Origin: Schizochytrium sp. TIO01
Taxonomy: Eukaryota > Protista > Bigyra: Labyrinthulomycetes
Length of the DNA stretch: 64,000 nucleotides
Direction of reading: 5' to 3'
Assembly (NCBI GenBank): GCA_004764695.1
Contig: SMSO01000032.1
Span: 1,736,001 to 1,800,000, forward strand
Below the pieces are notes generated by a model. It had not been told where the DNA came from, did not search any database, and saw nothing but the letters and a program-made list of their open reading frames with translations. Position numbers and translations under genes: made by a program. Positions 58,102 through 64,000 of the stretch are shown here, piece by piece. Position 1 is the first letter of the stretch. Each line of letters starts with the position of its first letter.

Positions 58102-60514
58102 TACAAATGTATTTGTAAACATTCTCAGGGCCTGTACACCTCCACTATAAGTAATGTATCACTCAACGTGGGAGAATATTTTATTTTAAAATAATAATAA
58201 TTAACTTGACGCCCGAAGGAAAAAAAGAGAAAGAAAAGAAAACTCTAAGCAAAAACATAATTGATTTTATAAGTTGTTGAAATAAATGAATGCACACACC
58301 CATACATCACCAGCGCCATTCTGAGTACCTACTTCCTATACCTCTAGCTAGGCATTTGAAAGTGATAACTCTTGTATTAATTATAGTTCTCGAAGCAGCC
58401 CTTTAGGGTGTGTATTAAATATATATATAGCCTCACTTCTTTCCAGGAATCAAACGTCATAAACATTGCTAGATTTTGACTTGGAGCGGCTTACTTATTT
58501 AATCATAGACAAAATATACTTCTCGTTGCGCACGCGCTGCTTGATAGAATGTTCGTTTAAATTGATGAGAGCAGCACCTAAACACGCGCAACTACGGGCG
58601 ATAAGTGGCTCCAGACCAATGGCTCGCAAATCAATGCTCCACTCAAATGGGACACAATAGATGATTAAATCCCATTTCAAGATGCATGCTTATTGCTAAA
58701 CACCTGGAGGTTTAAAAATCTATCTAGAATTAAACTCAAGCCTCTTTTATTTTATTTTTTTGCAAGTAGTGAAACAATAGCCATACAGAGCTGCAGGACG
58801 GGTGCGGCCGAATAAGACAGTCGCTGCAGCTCCTCTGTGTGTGTTTGTGTAAATGTCATTTATATTTATTAGCGAGGTTGCGCAATGATCTAGTTTCATT
58901 CTTCAATTAAACAATCTATATTTTCTCGATCATTTTTTAAAATGACTTCTTATTTTGACTATGCACCTTACAAATCCCTCGCCCAAGTCCTTTAAATTAT
59001 TTTTGCGATATGTAAAAGTACTACAAGTAATCTCTGACTAGAGTAGTGTGCACTACTACTAAAAGACACGAGCAGAAAGTGACTAGCGACTCCACTACAT
59101 ACAACCTGTTTTTACTGTCTAATGCCGTTTCTGCTCCTCACAGTCTAGCGCATTATAATTAGCAATGTAGCATAACTTGAAGGGTTTTATTTCAGTGCAG
59201 ATTCAAACTTTGAAACTAAAGACATTTATAAAAAAACAAAACAAAACAAAAAACTAGTATTTGATATAAATATATATAATACTACCTCCAGTATAAGGTA
59301 AAAGAATTAATAAGAGCATGCACTAGGACATCGTACACCGTAGGTAAGGTACCTAGATACTTAATTTCCTTATTACTCCAAACTTTTACCCTCGCTGAAA
59401 GATTTTAACTTATGAGTGTTACTCCAAATTATTTTAATTGGTAAAAACTTCAAGTTGAAGCGTGCATGTAGTGGTATGAAGGTAAGTTCATGATGCTCAC
59501 AATCCCCAACTTAAAAGCGGTTGAAATGCAGAAATTGATTGGAGTTAACTAACAAGTGTGAGCACTAAGACGATTTAGGTACCCCTTTGGCGGTAATTAA
59601 AAAAAATATTGCACATACCTACTATATTGGTAGTCTATGACATTTGCACGCGCACAAATCAGGATTAGTAGGCATGTTAATAGCCTGAAGTAATTAGAGA
59701 ACGAACTTGATTGTACTTACTCAAATGAGAACTTCTAATCATATGAAAACTTGAAGTGTTATAATACCTTATCATTTATGGAAAACCAATGAGGAAAATC
59801 GGAAGCAGGTAACAGGACAAAACTTTACTTTTTATATATGTGCGAAAGAAAGTTTCTACAACGCAAGCCCCCAAAAGAACGGTTGATTTGCACATCGACA
59901 TTTAAGATCTTGTTTACACAATCAACCGTAGCTTGTGGTTAATGTTTTGAGGTAAATATGCCCCCGAGTATAATCATGCTAACAGACCATGTCTTGAATC
60001 GCATGTGCTTGTTCTGAAGGACCAAGTAAACAGGACGGAGATATCGAATATTAGCCATAATCATGTTCATAAAGCCGAAAAATATTTAAAGTGTTTGGAT
60101 TGTGTGGATTTTTAATTTGCGGCCAATGACTCTCAACTTGAGAACACACTTTGGCGCCTAGCTAAGGACAGCATGCGGAACTCCAACCGACTACAGCTAT
60201 GTCTTCACTGATATCGTCTACATTCAGAACTTTCGGTGTCCCAAAGAAATGCATGATTGACAAAATGTTACAAGTTGAAGATATGGTTACCATAGTTTTT
60301 ATTACCCTAACCTCGAAAGATGGTACAGTTTTTTGTGAAGATAGTCTAAAGCTAAAAGCTAAGTGGAGACTAAGCGCCGCTTTGTTATCCTGCAAATTTG
60401 AACAAAGACATCAAATAATTGTCTCAGCTCTGGGAAAGAATTTGAGTAGCACGTTTCAATCAAGTTTCTCTTTCTTTTTCATTTTCAAGACTCTCTTCAC
60501 AACTACCAAAAAAA

Positions 60515-60670
60515 GTGTTACTCTAGACAGATTCCCTCGCTCGATAGTTCGGCCTGATCATGAAAGTGCTAGGTTGCCTATACCTGATAGAGTTTGCACA
60601 TTGAGCGCTGATAGGCAATCATATACGAGGTACCATGAAGCATTCTTTTCCTTCGAAATATTCCTAAGCG
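60515..60670 (+). pseudogene. Degenerate duplicate of the 5' flank and start codon of the gene at 62090
   Basis: Shares CTAGACAGATTCCCTCGCTC, AGCGCTGATAGGCAATCA, TACCATG and ATTCTTTTC in order with 61931-62105; reads MKHSFPSKYS* versus MQYSFLFV. Confidence 0.7.
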
Positions 60671-62089
60671 AGGATATTTGCAACTTTCAAGTTAGAAAAC
60701 CTTATAATTGAACACAACCATTTCTTTTCCTTGCGCAAATACTCAAGATAAAAATCATTAGCTATGTCCGAACCTAAAGTTTTGGCGCTTCATTCTATGT
60801 ACCGATGGGTGCGGTGGTAGGGATAGCGCTTTGACTCTTTCGCTTGTATTCCCGCCCCTCCTAACTTGTATTTTTTAGTAAATAGCCACTATGGTAAGAT
60901 TTCAAATTATTACCTCTAACTTGTAACAGTACCGCCTAGGGCATTCAGGAAGGTACCTTATCTGAGGAGTCGAGTGATTGTTTTGACATGAGTTTTTTTT
61001 GTTTTTTGTTTTATTTTTGTTTTGTTTTTGTTTTTTCAAATTAGAAGATGTTAACTAAGTACTTCGAGAGTGCATGTTCATCTGGGCGATGTTTTCTTTG
61101 GGTTTGTTTTTTCTTTTTGTTGTTAAATTATATTATATTAAATAAAGGTTCTTGTATGCAAAACCAGTGGTAGTGAGTAAAACACTGTTGTGATTTTACT
61201 AATGGTTCCGAAAGCACACATGCGCACGTGCAAAAACAATTTTGTTGTGCCCTGATTCTGGGCGCGTGAATTTATTGGAAAAAAGTTTCGACTTTACCGC
61301 TTTGCCCAAGCTAACTTTTAACCACTGCACACGAGTCATCATTGAAAATCAGTTCTAGGCAAATAGCACACTGTATTGCAACTGAAAGGACAGTGTTATG
61401 GAACATGCACAAAAGGAGAGCCGTCCGTATCGCAGCGCACGCCCGAGACTTCTCAAGATGGGCGTGCGCATTTTACAACCTTTGCGGATCCTCATACAAA
61501 GGCCATACTCTACATAGAATGAGGGAAACACTAAAATTAATATTTTAAATTAAAAATTAAAAATGATTATCGAAATTGTTGACAATGCTCATGCTCATAT
61601 AATTCGAGTCTACGTTCATAAAGTGAGAATATATTATCAAGTGCAAATATAGATCTTATTGTTTTATTATCTTATTCAGGGTTTTTTGCCTACTTTTCAA
61701 TTCTTGATTATATGAAACATTAAGAAAAAAAAAAAACTATTTTAAAAAAATTGAATATGTTTTGGCTAAAACTAAGATAATTTATTTTAAAAATAAGAAT
61801 ATAATTAAACAATCATTATTGATAATATTTCATAAGACTCCTTTACACTCGCTCAATCTATAATAGTATATATTACTTCCTCTTTAAAATAAAAATAGAA
61901 AACATGAATTTTATAGAGGAATGGTGTTTTCTAGACAGATTCCCTCGCTCAATAATTTGGCCTAGTCATGAAGGTTTGGTTGACTCATTTACAAGTATGG
62001 ATGTCTCCAGCAAAACCTGAACTTGCCATTCTTTTTGTAGCTATAATTGGCATTTAGCGCTGATAGGCAATCAATCATATAGGGTTACC

Positions 62090-64000
62090 ATGCAATATTC
62101 TTTTCTGTTTGTTGGGCTTCTATACCTACAAAGCTATTTGTTTGAGGTGTGTCTTGCAATCAGTGGTATTTCTCACCAAAACATTAAAATCATTTTGGCA
62201 GATATCGTTGGCTGCACCAATGTTGGGCAGATTGACCTTGGCGATGCTACAAAGCAAACCATTTCTACCACATCCGCATCTGCTTGTCGCACAACATGTT
62301 TAACACGATGGCGAAACTCGTACAAACGAGGTTTTTTGTATAATAACATAAACCCTTGTTCTAGCTCAACTACTGCAACTTGCGCTGACACCTTCAAAGT
62401 AGCTACATCACCAAAAATAGGACCCACCCTTTATACGTCTCCCTGTTTCACAACAGCATATACCACAGCAGCAAAGGAAACAAAAACAACCTGGGGTAAT
62501 CTGATTGATCATTCCTCCACTACTTGGACCGATGTATCCAGTTCTTTGAGCCTAACACCATCTCCGACCTACGTTCCTGCCACAACAACGATAACGAAAT
62601 TTCTCCATTCTTATGATGTCAAAAGAGTCTTATCTCCCGCCATCTGTACTTACACCGGAACCCCTACCGCAAGTTACGATATCTGCCTTTCTTGGACCTT
62701 CGACTCAGCCAGCAATACTTGTAGCCTCTACAACAGAGTTCGCATACAGTCCACTCGAGCCGTGACAGATTCCGATCGCTACCTAATTTCTCAGAATATG
62801 CATTGCAACAAAGATAACGGAGACACAACGGTTGGACCGAATGCAGCAAGTCTACAAAGTGCTCAAGGCTGTATGCTCGCGAATCAGTATATCGATACTG
62901 CGAATATCATATTATATGAAACTAAGCAAAACCCTCATTCATGTCGAAGATATTGTCAAGCTTCTGAAACTTGTGCATTATGGGATTGGAATTCGGACAC
63001 AAACATTTGTCATCTATTTGAGTACAGTGTTTTCGGCAGCTACACCGCTAGTACATCAAACTATATCACTGGCGCTCGCTCTTGTCCAACATGTTATCAA
63101 GGATTTTACATACCTGCGTCTGCCGCAGACCAGTCGTCGTATGAAGACGCATGCATTGTTTGTCCAAAGGGATATTCTTGTCCAAATGGAGAAGTGCAAG
63201 CTTGTGCGGCAAACACCTTCTGCGGAAATGTAAGCACTGTCAGTGCACCAGCATACGACGAAAATAACTCGAGCATTTCGTGTTCCGCAGATAGAAGTGG
63301 CGTCGGATGCCAGCACAAGGTCTGTGAAAGTTCGACTTTAGGAAAGAATCTTCTTGCCATGTCATTTCAAGATCCCCAAGAGTTTTTCGAAAGCCACACA
63401 TATTCGATTGATGAATTAGAGATGCGCCAAGTACTTGTGAATGTCGGAAGCGACGGATACGGAGACCTAGCGTTCCAAATAGCCGTCACTCATAGCATCT
63501 CTCAAGAGCTTATCAACTACTTCAACGGTAGCCTTGTCTTCCCAAGTAATGAATACTCCATGACCATCTACAACTTTGACTGGGATTGCAGTAATAGCAG
63601 TACATGGACGACTTGGATAACTGCCACAGCGCCCAACACCGTAAGCATTGGTGACAAAGTCTATCTTGCCAACTGGCAGATGCTATGGAACAGTGATTCT
63701 GCTTGGTTTGACCCTGACGACTGGTTCGGAACCTCTACAACTCTGAAGAACGACCCCATATCGATTGACGTGTCTTCGCAGTCAATGAAAGTCCTCTTCA
63801 TGAGTCAGCTCAACATCACAGTTCGGGCCCGTGGAAGCAGCCATGGACGCAGTGGGGTGAATGTGTACTATAAGCTTGGCTCGGATGATGAGACGGTATA
63901 TACAGCTACCACAGATGGGAATGGCAATCTAGATCTGACACTCACAGATGCATCAACCACTAGCTTGACATCGAGTGTTACAATCTTGGGCGCAAATAAA
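62090..64000 (+). CDS. Secreted/surface protein with PAN/apple domains, Cys-rich repeat and beta-rich region; 3'-truncated by the window
   Basis: Hand translation is open for 637 codons to the window end. Signal peptide MQYSFLFVGLLYLQSYLFEVCLA; apple domain C..SCRRYCQASETCALWDWNSDTNICHL..YITGARSC; CIVCPKGYSCPNG repeat; TTDGNG near the end. Absent from the ORF track, presumably because it has no stop in the window. Confidence 0.88.
   Translation, partial: MQYSFLFVGLLYLQSYLFEVCLAISGISHQNIKIILADIVGCTNVGQIDLGDATKQTISTTSASACRTTCLTRWRNSYKRGFLYNNINPCSSSTTATCADTFKVATSPKIGPTLYTSPCFTTAYTTAAKETKTTWGNLIDHSSTTWTDVSSSLSLTPSPTYVPATTTITKFLHSYDVKRVLSPAICTYTGTPTASYDICLSWTFDSASNTCSLYNRVRIQSTRAVTDSDRYLISQNMHCNKDNGDTTVGPNAASLQSAQGCMLANQYIDTANIILYETKQNPHSCRRYCQASETCALWDWNSDTNICHLFEYSVFGSYTASTSNYITGARSCPTCYQGFYIPASAADQSSYEDACIVCPKGYSCPNGEVQACAANTFCGNVSTVSAPAYDENNSSISCSADRSGVGCQHKVCESSTLGKNLLAMSFQDPQEFFESHTYSIDELEMRQVLVNVGSDGYGDLAFQIAVTHSISQELINYFNGSLVFPSNEYSMTIYNFDWDCSNSSTWTTWITATAPNTVSIGDKVYLANWQMLWNSDSAWFDPDDWFGTSTTLKNDPISIDVSSQSMKVLFMSQLNITVRARGSSHGRSGVNVYYKLGSDDETVYTATTDGNGNLDLTLTDASTTSLTSSVTILGANK

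Noticed and set aside
59040-59060. AGTAGTG-TG-CACTACT hairpin / CACTA-like end
   Set aside because: No matching second terminus or transposase found.

Overview
Eukaryotic, intron-poor nuclear DNA. Long single-exon genes, microsatellite-rich intergenic regions and flagellar-type genes suggest a flagellated protist, probably a thraustochytrid-like stramenopile (inference only). I find 17 protein-coding loci: casein kinase 1, an IQ+LRR protein, a WD40 protein, a J-domain protein, CDC5L, a PH + F-BAR-like protein, polo-like kinase, a giant ATG8-domain protein, battenin/CLN3, an unknown membrane protein, DNA polymerase lambda, a Sec14/CRAL-TRIO protein, a GH5 endoglycoceramidase-related enzyme, a GH3 glycosidase, CCDC146, a 1400-aa helical+LRR protein, and a secreted PAN/apple-domain protein that runs off the window end and is missing from the ORF track. 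There are two identical tandem tRNA-Arg(CCU) genes. Best lead: the ~760-aa ATG8-like protein, whose ubiquitin-like core lacks the usual Gly, is followed by ~627 disordered residues with acidic LIR-like motifs, and ends in an ATG8-style ESFG-ARFL terminus. Other leads are a PH-first/F-BAR-last architecture, an apple domain split by a long insertion, a dead duplicate of that gene's 5' end, a decayed piggyBac-like remnant, and five single-base frame breaks (probably assembly indels). All domain calls are by eye; no searches were run.
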